The notes beneath the pieces are model-generated. The model was not told the origin of the DNA. It made no database searches and saw only the letters and a program-made list of their open reading frames with translations. Below are positions 1 through 9,448 of a stretch of 34,747 nucleotides of DNA, piece by piece (within the stretch, counting starts at the first letter, position 1; every line of letters begins with the position of its first letter). Source of the stretch: Candidatus Bathyarchaeia archaeon. Lineage in GTDB: Archaea; Thermoproteota; Bathyarchaeia; Bathyarchaeales; Bathycorpusculaceae. Both the position numbers and the translations under genes were made by a program. Location of the stretch: assembly GCA_038883855.1 (NCBI GenBank), contig JAVZLH010000011.1, forward strand, positions 1 through 34,747, read 5' to 3'.

Positions 1-264
1 TTGTTTGCAAGGGAGAGAAAAGCCCAAGTCTTGGTTGATGAGAAGGCTCTTTCGAATCTTGCAAGGATGTTTGGGCTTAAAGCATGGAACACTTGGACTA
101 TCATGTTGGAAAGCCTAAGCATGGGTTACATTGAAGTTTCCGACATAGAATCAGCCATAAAAGAGTTAAGCGAAAAAAGACATAAACTAAAGAAAGAACA
201 AGCTTTGGAAATCCTTGAAGCTGCAAGAAAAATAGTTCACAAACGAGAAAATTTGACATGTTAA
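1..264 (+). CDS. C-terminal part of a PIN-domain (DUF3368-like) protein, truncated by the window edge
   Basis: VLVDEK-x4-LARMFGL-x3-T pattern resembles the 'LlxDe...A...gl...Gt' C-terminal half of DUF3368/PIN proteins. Confidence 0.6.
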   Translation: MFARERKAQVLVDEKALSNLARMFGLKAWNTWTIMLESLSMGYIEVSDIESAIKELSEKRHKLKKEQALEILEAARKIVHKRENLTC

Positions 265-288
265 CACCTTTATTCTGAATCCAAAAGG

Positions 289-367
289 TGGCGGGCCCGG
301 TGGGATTTGAACCCACGTTCTCCGGCTCCGAAGGCCGGCGCCTTGATCCGTACTGGGCTACGGACCC
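289..367 (-). tRNA. tRNA-Arg(TCG), CCA encoded, no intron
   Basis: Reverse complement GGGTCCGTAGCCCAG...CCGGC-CT-TCG-GA-GCCGG...GTGGG-TTCAAAT-CCCAC-CGGGCCC-GCCA folds as a cloverleaf. Confidence 0.95.
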
Positions 368-395
368 TTTGTTGAGGATATGTTTCTTGGCAGTT

Positions 396-410
396 GATTA
401 AAAGGTTTCT
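396..410 (-). promoter_or_regulatory. BRE/TATA promoter of tRNA-Arg
   Basis: Minus strand AGAAACC-TTTTAATC about 30 nt upstream of the tRNA 5' end. Confidence 0.5.
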
Positions 411-445
411 AGATTGTTTTGGATATGTTTAATAGTGGGTTGAGT

Positions 446-462
446 AGAAAATCCTTTAATAA
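446..462 (+). promoter_or_regulatory. BRE/TATA promoter of tRNA-Ile
   Basis: AGAAAATCC-TTTAATAA about 30 nt upstream of the tRNA. Confidence 0.5.
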
Positions 463-491
463 AAATGAGTTAATTAGAATTTGGCGAGAGA

Positions 492-566
492 GGGCCGGTA
501 GCTCAGCTTGGTTGGAGCGTTCGGCTGATAACCGAAAGGTCGAGAGTTCAAATCTCTCCCGGCCCA
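492..566 (+). tRNA. tRNA-Ile(GAT), CCA not encoded, no intron
   Basis: GGGCCGG-TAGCTCAGCTTGGTTGGAGCG-TTCGG-CT-GAT-AA-CCGAA-AGGTC-GAGAG-TTCAAAT-CTCTC-CCGGCCC-A. Confidence 0.96.
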
Positions 567-712
567 TTATATCTTAATTTGTGGAAATAGAAGGTTGTGT
601 AGGATGTTCCGGATTAATTTACCATACGCCTTTTTATGGTTATGCTTTGTTAAATTAATTAGTCGAGGATAAAAGTTGTGAGAAACAGCTATAGAGCACG
701 CCTATTTTAGCT

Positions 713-1185
713 ATGATTAAAGTAATATCTGTTGCGAAGGCGGACTCCGTAGAGGTTGCTTGGGAGGTTGCTGATAATGATAATAATGGAAATCCTGTTA
801 ACGGGGCAAAATTAACATTTTTATGCAACGTCACCCAATGGACCTTTTAGCATAGTGCCGCCCAATATTGTATTGGATAAAGTTAATTTTCAATACCCTC
901 AATGAAGTTTACCAGAATCCAATTATGCAGTGGATATTACAATCCAGATCATGCCTCTGGTTATGCGGTGTGCAATATTGGACTGACGCCCTTATCTGAC
1001 TACTACTTCTACGTGCAGATCGAGTATGGTTCAACTGATAAGCATTGGGCCTACCCAGTATAGCTATAAACCGGGGCGAACCAGACTGGTAGCCAGTTAT
1101 GGCCAACACTCCGAGTGAGTGGGCAGCTAAGGGCAACAGTATTGGTAGAGGGCTTACAGGCGCGTATCCGATGAATTTACGTTAA
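713..1185 (+). pseudogene. Degraded remnant of a secreted/surface-type protein gene
   Basis: Protein-like segments in shifting frames (MIKVISVAKADSVEVAWEVADNDNNGNPVNGAKLTF; YYNPDHASGYAVCNIGLTPLSDYYFYVQIEYGSTDKHWAYPV) broken by several frameshifts and stops. Confidence 0.45.
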
Positions 1186-1259
1186 GTTTGGATTCGGATT
1201 CACAATTCTTTAATATTATGCTTTAACTCGATTAAGCCAAAAGTTGAAACAGGAACGTT

Positions 1260-2755
1260 ATGAAAACCAAAACTCTACTTGCAACATTACTCATCAGCAT
1301 ATTCCTAATCAACGTAACATCGCCATCTTTAGCCGCAGACACGCTGGTTGCCTCCGACTTTATGCTGGAAAGCTGGGCTAAAACCGTTGACTACTTTGAC
1401 TATGCACGGGCTTATGCAACCCTTCACGGAATTGAAACGCTTCCTGGATTCCAGAATTGGCACGCATACCTCTACATGATTTATGTTAACACAAGCGGTT
1501 TACACTTGTTATATGCGGGTTTGTGCAACATAACTTTTGGCAGGGGAGCATACCTCACAATTCCAATGCAAACCTTCATGATGCACTACAAAACCGCAAA
1601 CCGCAGCCGAGATGTTTTAACGACTTCAACCTTTCTCATGCTGCTAGCCTTCAACGACTCAGACTACTCAATTTTCCCAAACTCTCCAGACATGAACGAT
1701 ACCCTATGGGCTTCGTTCAGCATGGGCTTCGACTTCAGCGCATTCAACATACCATTGCCATCATTAAACAGCAAAACCGAGATAATCCCGCTGACGCATT
1801 CCAGCGACAAGCTTCAATGGTCTTGGGGCCTGAAATACACGAATTTAACAGCTATATGGTGGAGAACATGGATAAACCCTGAAGAGCCGGGCTACAACCA
1901 CAGCGCTCCAGTTGGAATCACAACCTACGATGAACTAACATTCACTTATACTCTAACAATTTCTCCAGGAGAAAACAAGGCAACGTTAACGGAAAACCAC
2001 GTTATCGGGCGAATTACCAACCTTTGGCTCTTCTGGGGCTGGTTCATCATACCACTCTACGCCCACTACAACGAGACCGGATGCTACAGTTACGGCATTA
2101 AATTGTCAAACGAAACGGTCTACGAGTTTCTCCAGAAAAACCAGATAAAAATGAGCATAGTTAACTTCCAAACCTCAGTCCTACTAGACCGCAACACCTA
2201 CAGCCTATCAGCCAGCGGAGAAAACGTCACAGACAACGAAAAATAGTAAGCGATTCGCTCATAACAACTTACGCGGATGACGGAGAAAAAGTCTTTGATG
2301 TTGAATTTGGCGCAAAGAAAAACTATAAACTTTACAATTATACAGCCGACCCGTCAGAACAAACCTTCGACACGCACGAGGCAATAACAAGAACATGCAA
2401 AATAGGCGGGTTTGCCAAAAACACTGGGCTATTCCAATATCATATTGGATTAATGAAGTTCCTTCCGCTTCTAGTCGTCAACATGCACCCGCAACTTTAC
2501 CAAAAAGCAAAAGAAACAATAACAAACATGAGTAGGGCAAACTACTTCTACCTCATCGCTTACCCAAACTATAGCGGCTACAGAGTTGAGCACGACCCAA
2601 CATTCACAGCATACTTAACAACAACGGCAGCAGACAACACAGCACAAAAATGGGGAGGCATCATAATAATCGGCATCGTCGCCGCAGTCGTTTTAGCAGC
2701 AGTTTTCATGCTCGCAAGAAGAAGAAAACCAAGTCAACTACAAACAAAGCCTTAA
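1260..2755 (+). CDS. Secreted, C-terminally membrane-anchored glycoprotein (~500 aa), split by one frameshift at ~2240
   Basis: Signal peptide and many NxS/T sequons. Adding one A to GAAAAAT continues as KIVSDSLITTYADDGEKVFDVEFG... into ORF 2453..2755, which ends in a TM helix plus RRRK. Confidence 0.75.
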
Positions 2756-2775
2756 ACAGTCTTTACCTTTTTCTT

Positions 2776-4218
2776 TTAATCCTTCAAGAACAGGCAAACT
2801 TTTGTTTGAGCCAAAAAGCTAAGCCTTTTCAGAGTGTTAGCTATTTCCCTTTTATCTGCCTTTTCAATTTTCTTCATAAACTCCTTATGTGTTGGAAAAA
2901 CATTTTTGAGGTTTAGGAGGCGTTTTCTGGGAACCGCGCCCTTTTCTGAAACTTCTTCTAGAACTTTTATGATTTTGCTTCTTCCAATCGCCCTTATTCT
3001 ATTCACGTTGTAGGTTACACTGCCCAACATTGTTGGGTTAAAACCCAAAGCGTTTAGCTTCTCTATTGCTTCTAGAATGTTCTTGTTCGGTTTGCTTTCC
3101 GCTATTTTCTGCACTCCAGCCTTTTCAAAGAAAGGATTGTATTTAGCCATCACAGCCAGAGTTTCCACATTTGGCGTCCCAGCTAAGGGGAGAGTTTCCC
3201 TTATCAGTTTTGCGCCTAACCCTATTGTGCGGTATTTTGGATGTATCACCACGCGGGTTATTGTACTTAATTCTCTTTGAAGTTGGCTGAAACTGCCTTT
3301 CAAAACTTTGCTTCGTCCGAACATTGTTGGCGGCGGGTAACTGTAAACGATTACTCCGCAAAGTTTCCTCTCGACGCTTTAAAACGAAGATTTTTCTCGG
3401 CGGCGGTAAACGTGTTGAGCGATAGTGGAAAAAGCTTAGTTTTTTGTAGTCAGTTGTTGCCCCCTCTTCTATGCGCATCTCTTTTATTAGGCTGCATTCT
3501 TTCGCTGCACGTTGGGGTAATATTTTACGGTTATTTCTTTGCCGAACCGCTTGTGAATATGCACTGAAGGGTTTGAGTCTTCAAAAAGGTCTGTGTGGGT
3601 TGTCGCCGCCAAAACAGCTTTGCCTTGTTGTCTTGCCAGTTTCTGAAGGTTGTAGGCTACGATTTTGGCTGTGTCCCGGTCAAGCGTAGCGGCAAACTCG
3701 TCCAAAATCCAGAACTGCGCTCCGCTTTCAATCATTTTGGCTATCTTGTAGCGGTATTTTTGGCCGTCGCCAAGCTGCGCGTAACTGCGTAGGAATGGGA
3801 AGGCGTCATTAAGACCAACGCGGCTTAAGAGTTCAAGGGCTTCTTCGAAGGTTTTGCCGACTGTTTCGATTATGGGTTTTTTGGGTTCTGGCTTTATTTG
3901 GGCTATGTTTATGCAGTTTAACGCTAAGTCACTGCGTATGTCTTTTTCCAAGGCTTTAAGCAGGATGCTTTTTCCGCTTCCGCTGTCGCCTGTAATATAG
4001 ACTATGTCTTTTGGGCTTATTTTCAACTCGACATTGTCGTAAACGACGAATTTCTCTTTTTTGTCTAGGCCGAGTCCGAAGGCTTCGGCGATGCTTATTA
4101 CGCGGTTTGTTGGCTTTGAGATGGCTATTTCGTAGGTGATGTTGATGATGAATTTGCCTGTTTGTTTGTCGAGTCTGCGCTTGTATTGGCTTATGTGGAA
4201 AAATTCTTGAGTTTTCAT
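2776..4218 (-). pseudogene. ABC-type ATPase fused to a GNAT acetyltransferase (COG2401-like), two frameshifts (~3510, ~3363)
   Basis: Walker A GDSGSGKS, degenerate signature LGDGQ, Walker B WILDEF, H-loop TTH. Frames join via AAKECSLIKEMRIEEG...FHYRS and LCGVIVYSYPPPTMFGR to the acetyl-CoA motif RVVIHPKYRTIGLG. Confidence 0.8.
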
Positions 4219-5659
4219 TTTGTTATTCCCGTTGTTTTGTGTTTCCAGAGTTTTTGGCGTATTTTATGTAGTTTGTTTGCTAGTCTTGGAACTACTGCCA
4301 GAAATGGTTCGGGTGTTGTTTCTGTGGTTGCGTAGATGGCTAGGGCTGTTGCCCAGAAGACGTCGTCGTGGCTGCCTTTTGGGTGGTGGAAGGTTATTGT
4401 GCCGTCTTTGCGGAGTTGGTATCTTTCGATGTTGAGTTCGTTGGGGTAGTCGCTGTGGTAGGGTTTTTCCCATGTGAGGTATGGGAATTTGAATTTGCCT
4501 TCGGTCATTTTTTGTTTTAGGATTGTGGCCATTTCTTGTTTGCGGGGTTGGGTGAAGTTTATGCCTTTTACGTTGGGTATGTTTGCGTTTGTCATGTCTT
4601 CTGCTATGTAGTCGCCTACGCCTGTTGTGTCTACGTGGATTTTTTGGAATTTGTTCCAGCGGGTGGTTATGGTTTTGATGTAGCCGATGATGGAGGCGTA
4701 GCTTGTTTCTAGGGGGAAGATTTTTAGGTGTGTTAGGTGGAGGTGGTCTTCAACTTTTTTGATTACGGCTAAAACGCTGTGGTCTTTATGTTTGCCGAGG
4801 TCTAGTCCGGCGTAAAATTCGCCTTGTTGTAGGCTTTCGAATTCGTAGAGTTCTAGGTTTGGTTCTATGCATTTGGCTATTAGGCTTTGGGGTAGCCAGA
4901 CGTCTTGGTCTTCTGCCCATTCTGCTTCCATTTCGCGTTGCCATCGGGCTGGGTCTTCTGCGAGTTGTTTTCGGATTTTTTCTAGGATGTTGTGTTTTAG
5001 GGGTCCGTTTGGTTCTGTGGCTTGTTTGTGTGTTATGTGGGTTTTTGTGTAGTCGTTGTAGGCGGGGTTGTTGAATATTTGCCAGAATATGCTGTCTTTG
5101 TGCCAGGGCGTTGATGTACAGATGAATTTTCCGTTTGTTGCTGTTAGGGTGAATAGTATGGCGTCGTAGAGTTCTTTGTCGTTGGGGATGAAGTTGAATT
5201 CGTCTGCGTATACTATGTTTAGGGTTGGTCCGCGGATTGTTTCTGGGTTGTTTGGATACGCCTCTATTGTACTGTTGTTTTTTAGGCGGATTGTGGTTTG
5301 TTGGGGTTTGTGGTATAGGTTTTTTGGGAGTTTGTGAGGAATGTGTTTATTCTTTTTATTACGAGTTTGGTTTGGCGCCAGCTTGGTCCTACTATGCCTA
5401 TTTGCGTGTTTGGGTTTGTTAATGCGTAATGTAATAGTAGGGCGCTTATTGTTTGGCTTTTTCCGCTTTGGTGGCACCAGCGGGCGGCTATGAACTGGCT
5501 TGTTTGGAATTTTTGTATTAGGTCTTTTTGGTAGGCTGTTGGTGTGAAGCCCAGGATTTTTGTGCAGAATTCTATGGGGTATTTTGGGATTTGGGGTTGG
5601 GTTGTTTCAGCTAGGGCTTGTTCCAGTCTGCGGAGTTTTTGTTTTTGTCGTTGCTTCAT
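4215..5659 (-). CDS. terL: Terminase large subunit, one frameshift at ~5331
   Basis: Q-motif PTAYQ, Walker A RWCHQSGKS, IRG, Walker B IVYADE, motif III STP, RNase H-like nuclease AGLDLG, VDTTGVG and HDD. One extra A joins ...FLTK-LPKNLYH. Confidence 0.9.
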
Positions 5660-5942
5660 TTATGAGTCCCTCCAGTTTAGCCAAGTCTTGGTCTATTTGG
5701 CGTTCGTCGAAGCGGGTGGCTATTGTGTTTATTACTTGGCAGATGTAGGCGGCTATGCGGGTCCAGTTTTGGCGTTGTTTTAGTTTTATGTTTTCGTTTG
5801 TGGCTTGGTTTTTGGCTAGGGTGAAGAGTTCTTGGAGGGCTTTTATGGTTTCGTCTCTTAGTTTTTGGGTGTCTATTTTCACCTCCGTTCTGAGTTTTTG
5901 GATTCTGTTTTTCAACATTTTATTGCGGCTGATTTTAACCAA
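5607..5942 (-). CDS. Small helical protein overlapping the terL start; candidate terminase small subunit
   Basis: 111 aa basic coiled-coil protein immediately upstream of terL, with GGAGG-like site (AGAGGGGGTAGG). Function inferred from position only. Confidence 0.5.
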   Translation of the reverse strand: MVKISRNKMLKNRIQKLRTEVKIDTQKLRDETIKALQELFTLAKNQATNENIKLKQRQNWTRIAAYICQVINTIATRFDERQIDQDLAKLEGLINEATTKTKTPQTGTSPS

Positions 5943-5958
5943 TAGTGGCCTACCCCCT

Positions 5959-6189
5959 CTAGGTTTTTTGGGCTATGAGGATGCCGCTGAGGGTGCCCGT
6001 TAAGCCCGTTATGGCGGCGAAGATTTCGCTGTTCCACTTGCCGAGAAAGGCTATGTGGGCGATTTCTAAAGCGGATAGGCATATTGTCATGGCTAATGTG
6101 AATTTTACGCCGTAGACTAGGCGTTGGTCTGGGGGGATTTCGCGTTGCCTAACCCGCCTTATCAAAGCCTTTTTAATCCAGTCGTTCAT
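5959..6189 (-). CDS. Small two-TM membrane protein of the packaging operon (holin-like topology)
   Basis: Basic N-terminus and two hydrophobic helices in 76 aa; overlaps the upstream gene. Confidence 0.6.
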   Translation of the reverse strand: MNDWIKKALIRRVRQREIPPDQRLVYGVKFTLAMTICLSALEIAHIAFLGKWNSEIFAAITGLTGTLSGILIAQKT

Positions 6190-6580
6190 GGTTTTTCACC
6201 CGTCGCTGTTTGATGCTTTTGTCGCTTGCTGTGCGTTTTCCGCCTATGAGGAAGCTGTTTAGGAGCTGTTCCACAGTTTCGTGGGGAACATGCGCTTTGG
6301 CTATTATGGTTATGTTGGCGGTCCAAGTCGTTGGAACAGCCGTATAATCAATGTCGTGGACGCCATCAGCATAGCGAAAACTGTTTTGGGCTAGGATTAT
6401 GTGCTTGTTTTTGGCTCCTAAAACACCGAGGAAAACGCCCCAGCTTGTGACTGGAACGTCTATGCCATTCAAGCCACCGCTAAGGCTCTTGCCAATACTA
6501 GCATCAAACCACTCAACACAAACCAAATCACCCAAGCTTAAACCCTTAACCTGTTTAGAAACTTCCTTCATTTTCATCAT
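6173..6580 (-). CDS. Virus-type hypothetical protein with a GDLVxVEWxDA motif
   Basis: First gene of the operon. The beta-rich VEWFDA motif recalls small SH3/Sm-like phage proteins. Confidence 0.65.
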   Translation of the reverse strand: MMKMKEVSKQVKGLSLGDLVCVEWFDASIGKSLSGGLNGIDVPVTSWGVFLGVLGAKNKHIILAQNSFRYADGVHDIDYTAVPTTWTANITIIAKAHVPHETVEQLLNSFLIGGKRTASDKSIKQRRVKNHERLD

Positions 6581-6731
6581 CAGAGGAAACGAGGGAAAAA
6601 TCGAATATAAAGAAGAGGAAAATTTAGAAATTCACCAATTTACTAACAATCTACAAAGTTAAATTTTGCCTTGAGCTGCCTATGCAAAGAGATTAAGGGT
6701 AAATTAATTTACCTCAATTCGCTAACAATTT

Positions 6732-7637
6732 TTGGTGAACACTTTGAATGAAAAGAATTGGCAAGTTTCTTACGTGATCAAAGGGTTAATTGTTCCTAAA
6801 GAAGGAATAACTTATGGGAACGATATAATTGTCAAACGTTGCGGTGAAGATGTTGAGAAGGCACAATTCATCATGAGAGTTGCAGAAGAGGATGTTAGAA
6901 AAGGTGAAAGCGCAATTACCCCAAAATTTGAGAATGATGTTGCTAATATGCTTCTGCTTTATGCAGTGGAAAAGGGGAACTTCGTTGCACTGCCTAGAGG
7001 TTACTCCGCTTCTCTTATCAAAGACGACAGACCATTTGGAAAAATCTCCCCAGAAAAAATTACTATAAAAGTAAGGGCAGATGAATCACATCTTACTAGA
7101 ATTATAAGTGAGTCAAGTTCAGCTCTTAAGTATGCCTTGAGAGCGTATGAGTCTCTAAAATGCGTTTTTGAGGATGACTCGAAGGCTTTTCTCCGGCATG
7201 GTCTTAAATATTATTATATGGCCCTTGGTGAACATGATATTCAAAGGAAAGTTATAGATTTGTTTATCGCCCTTGAGGCTCTATTCTCTGCAGGGGAAGA
7301 AATAAGGTTTAGAACCTCTTTAAGAATCGCATCTTTATTAGGCTTCCTAGGCCTAGACAAAAAAGAAGTATTCGATACGATGTACGAATTATATAATAAA
7401 CGAAGTAAAATAGTGCATGGAGTTGAGAGTGTTGACGTATCCTTGGATGAGGTTTTCAAATTAGAAAGATATTTGCGTGATTGCTTCAGAGTTTTTCTGT
7501 ATTTGGATAAGGGAAAGGATGATTTTATCAATATGCTAGACATATGTCTTATTGATGAAGAAGTATCTCTAAGACTTAAGGAAGCCATTGTAAATGCATA
7601 TAAGAGATGGGAAAAAGAGAGAATTGGAAGTAAATAA
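6732..7637 (+). CDS. ApeA-like HEPN-domain protein (putative defence RNase)
   Basis: C-terminal IDLFIALEALF helix and LYNKRSKIVHG (Rx4H) motif; AT-rich; opposite strand to the flanking viral genes. Confidence 0.8.
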   Translation: MVNTLNEKNWQVSYVIKGLIVPKEGITYGNDIIVKRCGEDVEKAQFIMRVAEEDVRKGESAITPKFENDVANMLLLYAVEKGNFVALPRGYSASLIKDDRPFGKISPEKITIKVRADESHLTRIISESSSALKYALRAYESLKCVFEDDSKAFLRHGLKYYYMALGEHDIQRKVIDLFIALEALFSAGEEIRFRTSLRIASLLGFLGLDKKEVFDTMYELYNKRSKIVHGVESVDVSLDEVFKLERYLRDCFRVFLYLDKGKDDFINMLDICLIDEEVSLRLKEAIVNAYKRWEKERIGSK

Positions 7638-7731
7638 AAGAAATTGACATTGGTTCTGAGAAACAAAACTCGTAATATGAGATCAGTTCTTCAAGGGCTT
7701 AGGCCAAGCTATATTGAACTCCATGAATTCT

Positions 7732-7756
7732 AGTAGGTAGGTTTATATGTCCTACT
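7732..7756 (+). promoter_or_regulatory. TATA box flanked by the inverted repeat AGTAGG/CCTACT (probable antitoxin operator)
   Basis: AGTAGG(7732-7737)-TAGG-TTTATAT-GT-CCTACT(7751-7756), upstream of the AbrB-type gene. Confidence 0.55.
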
Positions 7757-7781
7757 TTTAATATGTACTACTTGATTAAAT

Positions 7782-8012
7782 ATGGAAACCGAAGTTGTAG
7801 TAACCAGAAAAGGACAGACCACGATTCCAGCAGAACTCCGCAAAAAATACAAAATTGAAGAGGGAACACGCTTACAGGTAATTGATACTCCAGAAGGTAT
7901 TCTCTTTAAACCCAAAAAGTCAACCATAGACCTTGCTGGTTCTGGAGCGAAATATGCCACTCCAGAAGAAATGAAGCGTCTCTTAGATAAGCTAAGGGAA
8001 GAAGATGTCTAA
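7782..8012 (+). CDS. vapB: AbrB/MazE/SpoVT-family antitoxin (VapB)
   Basis: VTRKGQTTIPAELRKKYKIEEG motif; overlaps the PIN gene. Confidence 0.9.
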   Translation: METEVVVTRKGQTTIPAELRKKYKIEEGTRLQVIDTPEGILFKPKKSTIDLAGSGAKYATPEEMKRLLDKLREEDV

Positions 8013-8391
8013 GGCAGTTTTCGACACAAGATTCTTTATAGAACACTACTACGCTAAAGATGAAGCAACTTTACAAAAAACCAAAGAAACCATACGAAAC
8101 ACCAAACAACGATACATCTCAACCATAGTAATCCACGAAATCTATAGGCTTACCCTCCAAGCAGAAGGACGCGAAACCGCAAAACTAAGAACCAACCTCC
8201 TCGAAAAAGACTTCAAAATAATAGGCGTAGACGCTGAAACCGCAAAAACCTCAGCAGAACTAAGGCACAAGTACAAAATTTCCATGGCAGACAGCATAAT
8301 AGCAGCAACAGCCCTAAACCTAAAAGCGCCATGCGTAACAGACGACCCCCACATAACCGCCATAAAAGAAATCAAAACAAAATGGATATAA
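8005..8391 (+). CDS. vapC: VapC PIN-domain toxin
   Basis: VFDT, STIVIHE, SMADSIIAATA and VTDD acidic PIN motifs. Confidence 0.9.
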   Translation: MSKAVFDTRFFIEHYYAKDEATLQKTKETIRNTKQRYISTIVIHEIYRLTLQAEGRETAKLRTNLLEKDFKIIGVDAETAKTSAELRHKYKISMADSIIAATALNLKAPCVTDDPHITAIKEIKTKWI

Positions 8392-8394
8392 AAT

Positions 8395-8422
8395 CAACGG
8401 TTTGCTGGCTAGCAAACCGTTG
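8395..8422. repeat. Perfect 12-bp inverted repeat at the vapC / barrel-gene junction
   Basis: CAACGGTTTGCT-GGCT-AGCAAACCGTTG. Confidence 0.9.
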
Positions 8423-9443
8423 CCATAGCCCACTTGTCCCCGACAGGGCTATAATCCGAATGCTTAACACCCCAAAACATGAAATTTTCAGCGTATTTTT
8501 CTATGACTTGTTTGCTGAAGGCTAAGCTTGGCTTGTCATGATTTCGGCGTATTCGCCACAGGATTCCACTTGTAACAGCGTCATAATAGTCGCAGGCTGG
8601 AGCGCGCGAAACCACATCTATGTAGCCAGCCCAGCAGATAGCTGAATTATAGGCAGGGTATTGTGCTGAAGCTCTGATGGTGTTAATAAAGTTGTAAACT
8701 TTTTGGCATGAGAGGCTCCAGCCTTCATAATCATACAAGCCTAAGAGCGCATAAGCAAACGGGTCATCGTAAACCTCGTTTTCCGCTAAGCCCACACGAT
8801 GCCACTCGCCGTCTGCTGGGTCAAAATAAAGCCACAGGTTTTCAAAGCCTTCCCGCAAGAAATCAACAGCCTTAGCCATCATGCCTTGATATAAGCTTGC
8901 GTTTGCAACATCATACTTTTCTGCAAGCATTTTTAAACCTATAAGTCCGTAGAGGCATTCAACGTCCAACTGCAAAAGCCAGTTATCATTTATGTCCACG
9001 GCTCTTGCGAAACCGCCGTAAGATTGTTGGTCTTGCATGGCTTTAAGAAACGTGTTTCCAGCGAGTTTCGCAGCGTCTAAATAGTCAACGTTACCTGTTA
9101 TTCCGTAAGCTTTTAGCAGTGATGGGATAACTCGGCAAACGTCTATCGCATAATAGTAGGTGCTGTTTTCGGCTGACTTGAATCCGCCGTAAGCCTTTTT
9201 GGCTGGGTCTGTGCATTGCTGCGTTAAAACCCAATCTGCAAGTGAAACAATTTTATTGTAAATTTCTGTTTTGCGGTCTTCAAACTGTTTGGCGCCGTAA
9301 GCCTCATAGAGGAAGTTTATGGCGAAGGCTGCGGCAAAAGCTGCGCGTCCCCATTCTGGGTCTAGAGTGTCTGGCGGAATCACGTAAACGTAGGGCGCAT
9401 AGTCCATAACGAAATCGTAATAGTTTTCTGGAACTGTTCCCAA
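8409..9443 (-). CDS. Aromatic-rich alpha/alpha-barrel (six-hairpin glycosidase-like) protein of the element, probably C-terminally truncated
   Basis: Repeated helical hairpins (SLLKAYGITGNVDYLDAA; YDDPFAYALLGLYDY; QQ...GGF); the stop codon lies inside the hairpin at 8409. Confidence 0.65.
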   Translation of the reverse strand: MGTVPENYYDFVMDYAPYVYVIPPDTLDPEWGRAAFAAAFAINFLYEAYGAKQFEDRKTEIYNKIVSLADWVLTQQCTDPAKKAYGGFKSAENSTYYYAIDVCRVIPSLLKAYGITGNVDYLDAAKLAGNTFLKAMQDQQSYGGFARAVDINDNWLLQLDVECLYGLIGLKMLAEKYDVANASLYQGMMAKAVDFLREGFENLWLYFDPADGEWHRVGLAENEVYDDPFAYALLGLYDYEGWSLSCQKVYNFINTIRASAQYPAYNSAICWAGYIDVVSRAPACDYYDAVTSGILWRIRRNHDKPSLAFSKQVIEKYAENFMFWGVKHSDYSPVGDKWAMATVC

Positions 9444-9448
9444 AGAGG

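Noticed and set aside
101-316. 71-aa minus-strand ORF overlapping tRNA-Arg
   Set aside because: Starts inside the tRNA and is antisense to the PIN gene; spurious.
5325-5340. Programmed ribosomal frameshift in terL
   Set aside because: The break lies inside the ATPase domain and similar one-base losses occur throughout the window; error or decay is more likely.
5334-5477. N-terminus of ORF 4215..5477 (MPPKRKKPNN...)
   Set aside because: Off-frame translation; the real N-terminus with Walker A is in ORF 5282..5659.
4220-6003. Short + strand ORFs rich in L/V/F/G/C
   Set aside because: Shadow ORFs produced by the G/T skew opposite the packaging operon.
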